Shown piece after piece: positions 10,658 to 25,200 of a stretch of 64,000 nt of DNA. The stretch is taken from the NCBI RefSeq assembly GCF_001194135.2, contig NC_068982.1, positions 129,827,534 through 129,891,533 on the forward strand, read 5' to 3'. The first letter of the stretch is position 1. Each line of letters begins with the position of its first letter. A model generated the notes under the pieces. It had not been told where the DNA came from. It saw only the letters and a list, made by a program, of their open reading frames with translations, and did not search any database. The stretch comes from Octopus bimaculoides (Eukaryota). The translations under genes were made by a program, and so were the position numbers.

Positions 10658-13600
10658 GCAAATAATGTAAAAATCCTTTTATTTAAGATTGCATTAACTA
10701 GCTCAAAATTAAAAAAAATATATATATATATATATGATTACACATTATTTAAGTGAAAATACTACAAATATTAAAATTTTAGTTTACAGTTAACAAAATC
10801 AATAGTAGTTTAAAATGTATATTGAAAAAAATTAAATGTATTGAAAATAAAACGTTTTGTAAGTAATTAGGTGCTAGAAATAAACTTTAAGACTATAATA
10901 AAAAGGAAAAAAGTTAATTTGGACAATAGCCATAGAAAATTACATCTTATGGACTAATTTTAGGAGGTTAAGAAGTACTGTTGGAGAGACATTATAAGAA
11001 AGAAAGAAACAAACCCATAATCTTAGAGTCAGAAATTAACCTTTGATTATAATAGTTAAGAAAGTACTGGTTTTCACAATACTAGAAAGTACACTAGGTA
11101 TGTAACTTACTTAGAGTGTCCACAAATGTCTACACAGGCAATAATCTAATATTAGAGCATTAACATTTTTATAACCAATATTTTATTGGTTCTGTTTTTC
11201 ATTGCACTTTTTAATGCTGCTTTTATTAGGAGTGTTTATTTTTTTTATTCCATTGAGTATCAAAGTATGATACAGCTGATTTCATCTATTTTTGTCGTCT
11301 TTAACCCTTTAGCATCAAATTACTGTCAAATGTAATATTTATTCACAGTGTTTTGAATTAATTATATATTATTATACATTATCTTGTAGCATTGAGATTT
11401 CAATGATGTGATTGTTTATTTTTAGAATGACATTCTACGATAGCTATGAGAGGCCAGATCTAGCCAGTTTAAACATAAAACAGGTACAATATTTGGGTTG
11501 GATATGACTGAATGAAATGTTTAAGTGATTTAAATTAAAACCTTCCATCAAAGTTTCCTGTTAAATGAGTCAAATACCAGCTTAATAACGACAAAGTTAT
11601 ATTACTAAATTATTCATAATTTTTTAAATTAATTGAAACAGAAGCAGAGTATAGCAACAAAATGATTGAGGGTTTTTCAAATAAAAAAAGAGCAAATTCT
11701 GAAAATTACGCAAAATATAAAGAAAGGGATTTTGTCATATTTACTTAAAGACTATGCAACTGTAGTGACTAAGAATTCACATAAGTTTACCGATTTCTTC
11801 AACTTTATCAGCACAGGGAGTGAGAATGCCTTTAATATACTGAATTTTTTTTATTGTTCAAACAGTGAACAAAACCAATTTACTGCTACTGTTAGTTTGT
11901 TACTCAATTAAAGGCTTTGCTCTCTTAATTATTGCTTTCAGCTTTTTACAAGTTTAAAACTTTGTATGAAACGGAAACTATGACCTTTGAATGTAGAAAT
12001 TCTTAAGTACAATTTAGGTCAGAGACAAGAGACTATAAAACAGAAAAATCATTGAAATATTTTAATGACCATAACTGCAAGTGGCAACTACAAGCCATTG
12101 ATCTACAATTTCTCTGTAGACATGAAGTTCAGCTAATCTTTGTCCAATTAAATATTCTCAAAGTTGTCTGTTAGGATTGTGAGAAATTTCAGCCTCATAT
12201 CTTCTGTTACAGACACCTACATGTGAAATGAAAGTAATATAAAATTCAGTTTTCAATATTGATAGTTGTGATAATCAAATAAATTCTGTTTTAATTATCT
12301 AAGTCTTAATCCTAATTCTGATTTAGGATAACATCAGTAAATTACACAATGTTTAAAGATTAAGCTCCTGATAGACAAGATACTAAATATTATAAATTAA
12401 TAGCAAAGAATAAGATCAGAGAACTTCATAACAGTTTATTTCTATTGTTGCCTTTAAGTCATTAAATCTTTCGTCCAGTATCTTTTCACCCCAATAGAGT
12501 ATCCTGGAAACATGTTAAAACAAGAAAGTGAAAAATGATCAGAACAATGTGTTAGTCAATATGAGCTAAAAATAACCTAACTACTTCCACCACAAAAAAA
12601 AAAGGTGTAATTCTAATTGATTTGTTAAAACATGAAATTATTACTTTTAGTATTTAGCAAATGAAAGTGAAGGATAGATAATTAAAAGAGTTTAAAAATA
12701 TAAAGGTAATATATATATAAGAAAATAGGAAAAATTAGAAACTGAAGGAACTGTTAGAAAGTTAATCATTTTAGAATACCTTTGCTGTCTATTAAGCAAA
12801 CAAGCTGTAGACATTGTAGATATGTACACAATTACAATAATCAAATATATTCTAAAAGCAAACAAATTTTTGTCTTAAAAGACATTGCCTAATTTATTTT
12901 CATGATAATACAACTAAAATCAATGAAGAGGAAATTTCTATTTGTATCAGTGTGAAGGATTAAAAATGCTTCACTTCTTAATGCGATAACCACAGAAATG
13001 TCTGCAGTAAAATAAATTAATCTTCATTCTGTTTACTCGGAGTAAACTAGATACAGAAACCTGATAAGGCCCTCACAAAAGAAATAGATGTGTTGATATT
13101 ATAGGAATCTTAATGAGTACAAAATATCAATGATATTTGGTGATATATATGGTGATATTTTAAAAGCCAATAATTGTAGCAACTAAGTCTCAAACTTGAT
13201 CAAGTCTTGTGAAAATGCAATTTTGTATTTATTTGATGCTAATTTTTCTAACTTGTAAATTAAGAAGAAAAATTCCAAGACTTTTTGGAATGGATATTTT
13301 TTCTAGTAGAAAGCATTCTGCTTTGTAAAGGCAATTGAATAATTGAAGTAATGTGATCCTGTTAAAGTATTAAGCAGTGAAAGGTGAAGGATTTATAAGA
13401 TCCAGTACAGAATTAAATTAACATGATACTAATGCTTGTGTAATACAATTGTTGGGGATTAAATTCAACAGCTTGCTAGCTGTAGTGACCAAGATATTAA
13501 GAGTGAGGTAATTAATCATAAAAGCTTCCCAGGAACATATAGCTCTCATGGAAGATACACTTTCTTAATCTTATGTCAACTACAAGAATTTGCTACTCTT

Positions 13601-16600
13601 CAGAGGTAAAAAAATACTTTAGCATGAGCAACTGTAGATACTATATTGCTCATCAGACTTACTATGTGACACAATTTTAGTTAAATACATCATGAACATG
13701 CAGAAGAAAGTCATCTTTCTGACAGTCTTCAGACCATGGTCTATTACTGTACAAGGTACTCAATGCCCTTTTCACCACTAAAACAACAGACTTTGTTGTT
13801 TCAGCTTGTTAGCTCTACTCCATCCCACTAATACTGTACAACTCTTTGTTCCTCATCATCTACATTACCTGTAAATATTTGTGCTGACCAGACTATACGC
13901 AATACCTTACACTCTTGGATATAATAAAATTCCAGTGGATCATTTATAAGAACCATTCTTTTCAATTATGTAGAATTTAACCTATTGTGATAAAACAAAA
14001 ATTCTAGAACTTGAAACATCATTTTCCGTTAAAAAGCAAATTGTTTTTGGGAGCATGTAAAAAAAATATATAAAAAGCATAAACTAGTTCATTCATCAAC
14101 TATCAGATAAGCTAGAAGCTATTTGCTCCTGTGATTAAAATGGATTCTCTACATCTTTTCTTGAAATAGAGAGTTACACTAATCTTGCCTCGTGTTCCTC
14201 GGTTTACCCCAAATAAAATTTGTCTGATTACTAAAAGAGCTAATAATTACAGAAAAAAAGGACGAAAATTAACTTTAAACTGGTTAAGAGAGTCATCTCT
14301 AAGAAAACTTGTTGATGTATAAAAGTGGACGTTAAAACGACGACAATGATTATATATATAACAGAAACTAACAAACCTTTTCAAATTTCGAAGCTAGAAT
14401 CTTAGAAAATGATTCATTTGAAAATAAATAAATAAACTAAAAAGCAGTAAACGTGAATGGCTCTTAAAAGTTTAAATAGCCTACATGAACACACACTAGT
14501 ATATTGTAAGGAAAGAATGATTTTAAAAATACAAATTACTGATCAGTGACTAACTCTTTTTCGCAAATAAGAATACTTGACAAAATGAAAGTATTTAGTA
14601 TTGCACTGTGTTTCATTTTCTGAACATCGGAAAATGCTTATGTAATTTTTAAAGGAAGTAAATGTAATTACAAATGCAAGCCAAATACATTTATGGTTTG
14701 CAAGCTAGTCATCACTGGTATTGAAAAGGTTGAGAAAATGTTCTTAGACAAATTCTATGATATAAAGAAAGAAAGAAGAAAAAAAAAACGTTTTTGTATA
14801 TGAAAATATAATTATACAAAGTGGTAACCCAAAATAAGAGGTTAATGTTAAGTCCCAGGTCAGTTCTGACAGAGCAGAACTATGTTCAAAAACCTATTCC
14901 AGCTATGACCACCCTGTCTTTTCAAATATGCAGGAACCCATTATCCAACATTTGTAGATTGTGAGTGAAGAGAGATTTTACTGTTATTTCTAGCCAGTGC
15001 AGTGACTCCGAAGACGTTCCCTCGTTGGCTCGAAAATAAGGTTTCCTAAAGAGGTTTGAGAAAAATCCGTCTCTGTATATATATTCAGAGTTACAATGTT
15101 CAAGCAGTTCTTTACTCGTGCCTTTCTGATACCAAGGTGACTCCCCTAGAATGGGTGAGCATTCCGTTATTATTGGGGATCAAAGAATTAGGCTACCTAT
15201 TGATCGCTAATTCAAAAGGTTTCCGGACTCCTGTTAACTAAATCAATGTAAATTATTCCAGGCAAAATGAATAGAAAATTGAGAAATCCAAGACTTTAAA
15301 CCGTTCAAATTGAAAAAATAAGAAGAAATTAACAGTAATGTGGAGTATATTGGAGGGAAAAAAAAATTCCAAGTTGATTTAGATTTGTTACTCATAAAAT
15401 CCGAGCTCATATATCTCTAAATACTTTAAAATAAGAAGTTTGAAAATACAAATTGAAATAAAACGTCAACACAACACTCAACATTAAAACTAGAAATGAT
15501 TCGAACACGATAAATATCGACATATAAAAGATATAATATAGAAGAGATCAAATATGAAGACTTACAAATATCACAGAGTAAATTTGCACGAAAATATTCA
15601 TCAACCTATTTTAAAGTCATACCATATAACTATATCGCCGTAATTACATAAGGAAAACATCACGTAATTAAAATAAAGAGCTCTTAACCTAAAATACTAA
15701 GATTTCTTCAAACAACAAGCACTACTAACTGGAAAATGAACAAAATAACTCCACAGTAAATATATAGATAGCTAAAATGTTAAGCATCTGTAGGGATGGA
15801 GTTCTTCATAATGTTTTACAAGAGATGATTGGTGGGACAGTTTCTATCAGACACAGTACTTCATAGTTTCAACATCAAAAGAAACGAAAATGAGTGAATA
15901 TAAATATAAACTTTATCATTATCGATCGACGAATATTTAAATTGGGTTAAATGAACTGAATAGAAGAAGTTTATATTTTATATGCACGTGGTTTTTAGAA
16001 TGTAGATTAAACAAATTACAAAATGAGTAAATTCTTTATTCTATATAAGTAAATAGTTGTTCCTCATTGTGGAACACTATTTGAGAATTGTCTGAGATAC
16101 AACTGAAACCTGCAAGTTGTTAGTCAGCCTGAAAGAATTTGAGAAAAATGTCTAGCTTAAATTGTAATAACTGTTTTTGTAGTTTAGTATCTGATCTTTG
16201 TTTTAATTTAAAAACGAATATCAAAAGCTCAATCATATCAAAATAAAAGTTTAACTTTATAAACTAAAAGCTTTTAAAAATGCCCACAAGAAATTACTAG
16301 TGCCAATGGGTTATTGACACCGATGACTCCATTCTTGCAAGTGTTCATAAAAGAGCTATTTATTTTCATTTTTTTCTCTTTTGAACAATGATGAGATAAC
16401 ATAAAAAGAACAATCAAAACAAAAACGCCAGAGAAACGCATTTATTTTATATTGGTGCTTCTATGGTGTTGCAAGAAAGAGTTTGTCCGAGAAACCTACT
16501 TGAATACGTCCCGTGTTGTTTGTAGAATCCTATAATTTACGCTCGCTTTCATCGTATTGAAATAACAGAAAAAATCACTGTAATGTTTTACTCCTAATAC

Positions 16601-17047
16601 ACAATCATTACCACCATATTTCGTATAAATGAAATTCCAGTAAGTAGTTAGTACACAAGCAGGCAACAATTTCTTCCTTACCCCAACATTTAGCGAGAAC
16701 AAGCTTTGCTTTATTACCCGGGATAGTTTTTAGGAGTAGAAATCTACATGTACCATATACACACGTAAACTGAGGGGAAAGCCGGAGAGAAATAAACAAC
16801 ACAGAGGAGGCACAGTTGCTGTTAATTAAATCTTAATTGATTTCTCGATGTCGTCTTGGTTTTATTAAGAAAGTAAAAGTCCTTCTGTAGGTTGTTACGA
16901 TCCATGAAAATAAGCAGAACTAACAGAAGCTAATCAGTATTTTAACGCAACCGATCTCTCGAGCAACAGGCGACGAGGTTTCGGTGCATTAACATCGATA
17001 TTACACATTTTAATATCAATAAAAAGAGGTGAAAATAATGTACATAC

Positions 17048-17152
17048 GCATTCGGAAGGACAATCACGCGTCTTAACTTCTTTAGAATCCTCTGATACCT
17101 CTTCACCACTCTCCTCCTCAGATAGTCTCCTACGTCGACGTCTTTCCGCCAT
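17048..17152 (-). CDS. CASC3: CASC3/MLN51/Barentsz coding exon 1 (MAERRRRRRLSEEESGEEVSEDSKEVKTRDCPSEC)
   Basis: ATG at 17152, 35 codons, then a GTATGT donor (phase 0). The N-terminus resembles human CASC3 (MADRRRQR...SEC). It splices in frame to the downstream exons that carry the Btz motif. Confidence 0.88.
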
Positions 17153-18919
17153 TTTAGCTGACGATTTTTACCTAATGCCACACCAACCTCGATTGTTACC
17201 GTTTGATCACGCGAGACTTATATTTCAGTGATAACTTGTATTCCGGCCTATGAGATAAGGATAACCTGACATCCATTTTGATCAGGGCAGAACTAGTTTT
17301 ACATTCTCTTAGCAGAAATTCTAACGGCAGAAAAAGAACAACAATATCCATAATGATAAAAAATACTTTGGTTTTTTACTTTAAGAATAATTATGGAAAT
17401 ACATTAAAGCATAACTGCATTATTCAGTTTGAAAGTCACGCAAGAAACCAACAACTTTGTAATCATTAGCAGAACATATTTTTGAGGTGCTATTAGAGTT
17501 TGTAAAGTAAACTGAAAATTTGTATTTGAAGAATTCCCAAGAAAATTTCAGAAATTTTCTTAATACAGTTCTGATTTGGCATTCATACAATTCTGCCAGT
17601 CTTGTAATATGTTCATAAGATATGTCTATTAACTCTCAGGAATTTTACACAAATTTTATAAGAAACTAAAATAAAAATGTTCATATCCAACTTAACAAAA
17701 AAGTTTCTAATTTTTTTTTTTTACAAGTTAATATAGGTTGGATAATTTTGAAGATTTGTTGAATAAGGATTAACAATTACTGTTTTGTTGTTGTGTGACC
17801 TTTATAAAATCAATCCCTTAAATATAAAAAAAAAATGTATGTATACCCATTCAGCTTATTGATCAGATCAATTTGAGTTCAACAAATATAAATTTAACTG
17901 AAATGAATTATCTTCAGTCTCTACTACAGTTATCACATTTATTGCATACATCAGTTGACCTAATTTATTTTATTAAATCCTAAAATTTAAACTGTCTGTT
18001 TGAAAACACTACGATCCATTGTAAGTGATTCTTATAAAACTTCATAGATACTAATTTTTCTGGTTATAGTTGTTGCTACTATTTCCAGTCAGTTCTTTTC
18101 AAATACACTGATACTACAGACAGTTTATTGACTAAGTAAGATCACCAGCTCACCAATGTAACACTAGATATACAGTACTTGAGTCTGGTCAGACAACTCC
18201 ATCATGTAAAAAGTATTTTTAGATGCAGTATGACTGTCAAGACCTCTCACATTCAGTTTACTATTCAGTCTATACATACAAAATTTTTTATGATGACTGC
18301 AACAGAGAGAGGCAAGCTAGATTTGGTCAGTGGGAGAGAACTGAGGTCTTTAAGAATTTATTACAGGTGCATGGCAACCTAACACAGTTTTTGGCAATGA
18401 TACTGGAGACAAGTTAGTGTGAGTATGCATATGTCTGTGGTTTATGTTTATCTAAATCAGACAGAAGAAGATTGTGATTTCTGGAAGGTGTTTGCAGAAT
18501 GATGGAATGTTGTTAGTGCATGTATGCATTTGTAAGTATTTGTACTTGCAGAATGAGTCTGCACATGGAATAAACATTGTAAACATGTCTCAAGCTAATC
18601 TTTCAATTATATTTTGAATATTGTAATCAGTGGGTGTGTGTAAATTGTTATGGTGTAGAGACATTGATTTGTTAAGTATGGAATTTGTTACAGTGTAGAA
18701 AAGAGAAATTTTATTCTCAGTATTAAAACTGATGGACCTCATATATTGTTTGGAAATCCCTGATAGATTTTTTTTATCAACAATTAGACTGCTGTTTAGA
18801 TAATTAATTGTGTTTTCACTTTGTCAGTTGTCTTCCAGCTATTTTATGAATGTAAGATGTCTTATAAGATTTGCAGGGCTGGAGAAGTGTTCAGGGTATT
18901 AAAGTGGTCATAACATGAA

Positions 18920-19280
18920 AATAAGAGCACTTAGAGTGTGCAAACTTCTGTCAAGGCAATACCAATGTTTAGCCAGAGATGATTTTTAAAATGAGAATAT
19001 TTGAAATAAATTATTGCTCTCATAAATGAGAATACTAAAAATGAATCTGACTGCTCTCAAAAGTTAAATGAAAAACACAGGAAAAATAATCCAGAATCCT
19101 TGTCTGGTACTGGATCAATCCCCAAATCGAATCAGTTTGTGCCATTCATGAGGCCAAATATCCCTGAAAGTTTTATCCGAATCCATCCAGTGGTTCTTGA
19201 GGTATCTTGTCCACAAACAAACAAACAAACAAACACGACTGAAAACAATACCTCTGCCTTCGCTAAAGCGGAGGTAATAA
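18920..19280 (+). mobile_element. Helentron-associated (DINE-1/HINE-like) non-autonomous element
   Basis: 5' AAGAGCACTTAGAGTGTGCAAACTTCTGTCAAGGC, internal (CAAA)n, and a 3' hairpin ACCTCTGCC...GCGGAGGT next to TT. The classification is inferred from architecture. Confidence 0.5.
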
Positions 19281-22200
19281 TTGACTTTTGATAACATGAA
19301 AGTAATAGACTGTCCAAATACATGTTGGAATTCCTTCCCTAACCTCAGTTCAAGGGAAAATGTGGTATAACATTTGTCACTATATTAACTGTATCAGAAG
19401 AAAGACATATAGTCCAGCCATTCATGGTCTAAGCTCTACTCCAGATTTCCTGTCATGTTTAATTTCATTAGCTTTTTCCTTGGCATTCACAGAGTAAGCT
19501 CAATGTCACAACAAAATACTTGTCTTACAAAGTGATATAAAAATGCTCACACACACACTCGTGCAAACTGAGTAGAGTATGTTTCACTGAGGAAGTATAA
19601 TAAAACTGAAACATGCCCATCACTTTCATCAGTTGCCTTTAAAGATGCGGTGCACTCCAACCTGTATCATGTTACAGCCAAAGAATTTTGATTAACTGAT
19701 CTTATTGAAGTTACCTCCCTTATTTTGTTGTTTTTAGATTTTGAACACCCCCTAGGAGATTCTGACTACTAATTGCTTGGATAATACCAATCATTCACAT
19801 TTTTTTTTAACTCACTATATTACATGTATATGAGACTGCATGTTTCAATTTTAGAGTCATGATTATTTTTATATATTGCTTTTAAAGTTGAACTATAAGA
19901 GGAGAAATGAAATAACCGCTTCTATATTCTGGTTACATAACTTCAAGAATAATAGATTTTTATGTTAAAATATTATTGCTCATTAAATATTAGACCATGT
20001 TTGCTAGTCATTGTTTAACCCAAAGAGAACTTTGAGCATACCTAGATTCAAAAACATTCCAACTGCAATCATTGACTTTTTGTGTGGTATTTACCACTAT
20101 ATTATCCCATATGTCTTTTTGCATTTTGAAATAGTAAGGTGTGATTTGAGAGGAGATTTGCCTGCTATTACCAGCAAGGTGAGCCACCATGCAGAGGCTC
20201 TGCCATTGATTCAAAATGCAGTACTTCATTCAAGTTAGTGACTTATTATTAGAATTTTTTGAATATTGATCAGTTTCTTTTCAGTGTGATCATCTGAGAG
20301 TTGTCCTTTAGCATTTGATCAACTATATTCTTGATACAGGACTGCTTGACTATTATAAACATTAATTTTGGCAGGTTCAATAGTTACATTGAAAAGAAAG
20401 AATACAAAAGATAATACAACTTGTAATTGTTTAGTAGTGAATGATTGAGAGCATGACAGCGTATCCACGTTAAACAAAAACCATAAACTATCCTGATAGC
20501 TCACCAGATGTTAATAATTTATGTTATTGGAGAAAGTTATAAAGAAAATATAATGACTGGAGTATGAAAAGAGTGGAAGAACTTTGATGATCTGTTGCTC
20601 CTGGTTGTAACAAAGAATTAATTTTTATTGCTATGTGAAAAGAAGAATATATGAAGCATGTCTAAGAAGTGTAATGCTGTGTGGAAGCAAAACACTGATG
20701 TTATATGTGAATGATCTGTGAAGACTGAAGATATGTGAAACCTTAAACAGATTTATAAAGATGATGTTGATGAGGATGATGAGGAAGAGGAAGAGGAGGG
20801 GAAGAAGAAGATAGGTGGTAGAGAAGCAGGAGGACAACTGGCAAGTGAAACTTAAGATATCATTGAGAACAGTAACACTCACAGCTGAATGAAAGTCATT
20901 TAAAATATTACAGCAGTATATCATGTAGGCATAACAAACAGATACAGACAAATGGAATCTTCCATCTGAATGCAATTCTTCCATTCATAAACTAACAATT
21001 TACAACAAGTATTATTTTATGTCAAAAAATGAAAAAAACATTGATCGACTTGTTTAAGGTTTCATATCTGCTTAAGAAATTACTGTTGTATACATCAGTG
21101 ACATGTGTTTGTCTGTTATAGTCAGTTTGAGTATCTTCATCTGCAAAGTTCCTTGCTAATGTGATGGCTTGCACAAGGATTTTTGTGGAAAACTAGCAGT
21201 TGTTCCTTTTCTATGTCACTGTTGTTGTCTCAGAGAAAGGCTTGGCTGATATAGTTTGGTATAAGTGTTGATGCAGGTTTTGCCTTTGGAATGCAAAGAG
21301 CTGGATTAGATATATCATGATATCCCATTGACATTCTAACAGTTCCATCAGACCTCCATTTTCAACTGGTACTTTATTTACCAAAAGGATGAAACGCTAA
21401 ATTGATCTTGGCTGGATTTGAACTCGATGTGCATTGAATCAGAAAAAAATTAACAAGTCATTAATTTAGGTTCAGTCTCACTGTATGACATGAGTGGGGT
21501 TGGTGGGTGGAAATTGTATGTATGTATGTATGCATTCATGTATGTATGTATGTGCGTGCATGCATGTGTGTGTGTGATAGTTGTAAGTGAGCACAACTGT
21601 CATATAAATGAGGTTCATTTCAAATCTTCCATGAAAACATGTCTGGTTATGGGAAGATATTATCTTGCTTGAAAGCAAATGACGGCTGACAACATGAGGG
21701 GTATCCAGCCGTAAAAAATTTGCTTCAATGAATTCCATCTATGTAGGTAAGCTTAAGCTTACCTACATAGGATTGACAAAGACCAAAATAGCAGTAATTC
21801 CCAATTCTCATTATTAATATAGAGAAAAAAAAAAGAAAGGCTGCATCAGTAATTTGGTTTCATCTCTGAATTGGAATTGATTTTCTTGTTTTGTTATTAT
21901 CTTAAGAAAGACATAGGCATCACACTTCCCAATGCCTTCATATATTCCCAAGAAACTATATCTCAAGTTGCTTGTATGTTTTTCATACACATGAATTTTT
22001 TCAACTGAAACAAGTTACTTGCTCCGGTTTGTTGCCATAATGACAAACAATATCTTAAGATGTTTCAAATGAATGAATAGTTGTACAATTTCATTCTCAT
22101 ATCTTACAATTATTATCTTATTTCTTCTCTTACATTAAATTTCTTTTTTTTAAATGTCCACTCTTATCAAGTTACTAATGAAGAAATCTTGAAATGAATA

Positions 22201-25200
22201 ACTCTAAAATGCTTACCAGCAAAGAAAAGGTGGGTGTGAAAAAAAATGATAATGATAATGATGATGGTGATGACAATGACGACAAACTAGGTGAGCTGAG
22301 CTGAATTGGGTTAAGCTAAATGAGTTGTTCGTGGCCATAACACTTCCATTGTAAAAAAAAAAAAAAAAAGAAATCATCATCATAAACCATGATAATGTTA
22401 GGATGGGAAAATGATCTAATCTGTCTTTATGTGACATCAAGAAATGTAAGAGACCTTAATAAATCTTGCACCATACCATGTTATTTCTCTCTACAAAAAT
22501 GATGGTGGTGGTGGTGGTGATGGCAGCGATTGTTGTGGTGATTGTTGCTGTCGTCATCATCGTTTTTGTGATGATGATGTTCATAATGATGGTATTGATA
22601 ACGATGATGACAACAATGAAAGTAGCTGTGGTGCCAAAGAGGTTACCAACAATGATGACCAGTAAGTAGGATACAGGATATCATCAGAGCAGTAACTCTA
22701 ATAATACTTGTGGAAAAGCATTTGCAATATTCCCCTTGTAAACATAAGGACACAGGAAATGTGTCAAGGCTGGCAGGAAGCGGGCAGCTTCCTAGGTCTA
22801 ACCAACAGTAGTATTATTCCCTTCAGGGGGACTGTCACATTAAGTTGACAGCATAAAACTACTTCATCATATCACTACTGCATAAATCTCTCTGAGAGAT
22901 TTAGAAATGTATTATTTCCATTTGAAATACTGTTTTCATCTCTTGGCACAAGGCCAGAAATTTCTGGGGAGAGGCTAAGTTGGTTATATAGGGCCTAGTG
23001 CTCAACTGGTACTTATTTTCTCAACGCTGAAAGGATGAAAGGCAAAGTTGACCTCAGCAGAATTTGAACTCAGAACTTGAAGACAGATGAAATGCCACTA
23101 AGCATTTTGCCTGACATGCTAATGATTCTACCTGTTCACTACCTTAAAGAATTTGAAATATTACATAGATGTAACAAACAGAGTCTTCTATTTGAATGCC
23201 TTGTTCCAGCCATAAACTAGTCTCTATTTCAAATCAGATGTTATGAATTTGTCAGTTTGTACCTGTTCTATAATAGAAGAGTAAGAAAGACACATTCCTT
23301 TCATTTTTGGAAAGTCATCTTCTACAAGTGATCCTAATATTATACCACATAATGCTGAAAATATATGTTCTAGTTATGTAACTCCTATAGCAGGGATTGC
23401 ATACAGCTCATACAGTTACAGCTTTTAACTTGATGGGAAGTTGTTAGGAAAAGCTGTTTGAATACCAGTTGGGTTTCACTGCAACTTAACAATTTTGAAA
23501 TAGCTTTTGTTATCTCTAAATAGAAATGACTGACATTTGTCGTAATTGCAACGATGTCCTGCTAATTTCCTCACTGCTATGTAGAATCATGAGGTGTGAT
23601 AAACTCAGGAAAATCGAAGCATGTTTCACCTGATGATAAGATATATCATAATCAGGCTGTGTAGTTAAGAAGTTCACTTTGTAACCACAAGGTTTCATGT
23701 TCAATCCCACTACATGATAATTGTCTTTCATTGTTGGACTGACCAATGCCTTGCGAGTGAATTTGGTACATTGAAACTGTGTGGAAGTATGTTATGTGTG
23801 TGTGTGTGTTTGTATTTATGATTGTTTATGTACAACTGGACAACTGCAGATTGATTTATTTATGTCCCATAACCTAGCAGTTTGGCAAAAGAGAATGATA
23901 GCATAAGCACCAGAGTGCAAATAAGTACTGGGGTAAATTCATTCAACTAAGCAGGTACAGTGGTACTCCAGTATGTCCATAGCCCAACAACGGAAACAAA
24001 AAAAAACTTATTTAAAAGGAACTACGAAAAAAAATTAAGTTTATTGATTTCTTTCTCAAATTTCTAAACAAATATTTCAGATCAACTTTCACAATACTTT
24101 GTAGTTTTGTTGAAATAAAGATGAACATTTTTGCTACCATATTTCTGATGGGCAAAACTTTGTTTCCCTGATATGTAGAACAAATTAATATGAAATTTTG
24201 AAAGAAAGTTTTAATCTAGATTTCTAAAAACCATGGAGTTTGTATCATAGAGCCAGACATGGTCTCAAACAGGTTACTATCCAAATGGTTAATAGTTTAG
24301 GTACAAGGACACAAATCTTGCAGAAAAGAACTAACAACAAAGTCAGCTCATGTACTTTATTGGTATTTTATTTTATTTTTTGAAGGATGAATGACAAAGT
24401 TAGCTTTGGAAGAATTTAAATTTAGAACATAAAAGAGATGCAACTAAATACTACAAAGTATTTTCATGTAATGTTGTACTAATTATTCCAGTGTCTATGA
24501 CATTCTTGTGAGAAAAAACCCCACAAATTGCAACAAAAAAAGCTATCATTATGAAGATACATGGCCTTGTGGTTGAGATGTTTGGCTCCTGATTGCAAGG
24601 TCATAGGTTTGATTCCTGAAATGTGTAACAGTTTGTACCCTTGTGCAATGCACTTCATTTCACATTGGCCAAGGCTACACAACTGAAAAGGTATACCAGC
24701 TATCTCCCCTCAGCTGTCATATCCACAATATTCATGGTATCAAGTGGGCTTGTGATTGCTTGCAACTACATAGGTATCCAAAACAACTGGCAAAAGCACA
24801 GTACATGCATCCAGGTCATACTTGCTTGCAAAAACTGGCTCTTTTTTTTCATGAACCTATTTCCTTTAATAGTTTTATTCGGATTAATTTTTTTTTCAAA
24901 TCTTATCATAATCCCCACCAGTTCTTTTGTCCACTAGCATGTAATCTGTCTTCTGCTGCTTTTAAATATTAAGATGAGCAACAAACTTTGTATTGGGGCA
25001 GAATACAGTTAAAAATAAACTTATGTGTTGCTTAAATTGTAAAAACTAGAATTTCCTTACTCAAATATATAATGCAATACTTGCAACTTGTGACTTGATA
25101 TGAAGTTACTTACAAGCTGAGCCCTGATACACTTATCCATTGCATTTTACTGTTCAGAAATGATCAAGTATTAAACAAAATGTAAGACCTAACCTCATAA

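Noticed and set aside
24641-24972. Two overlapping ~100-aa plus-strand ORFs
   Set aside because: No splice or family support. The minus strand has a TDYMLVDKR-like remnant suggesting a decayed LINE endonuclease.
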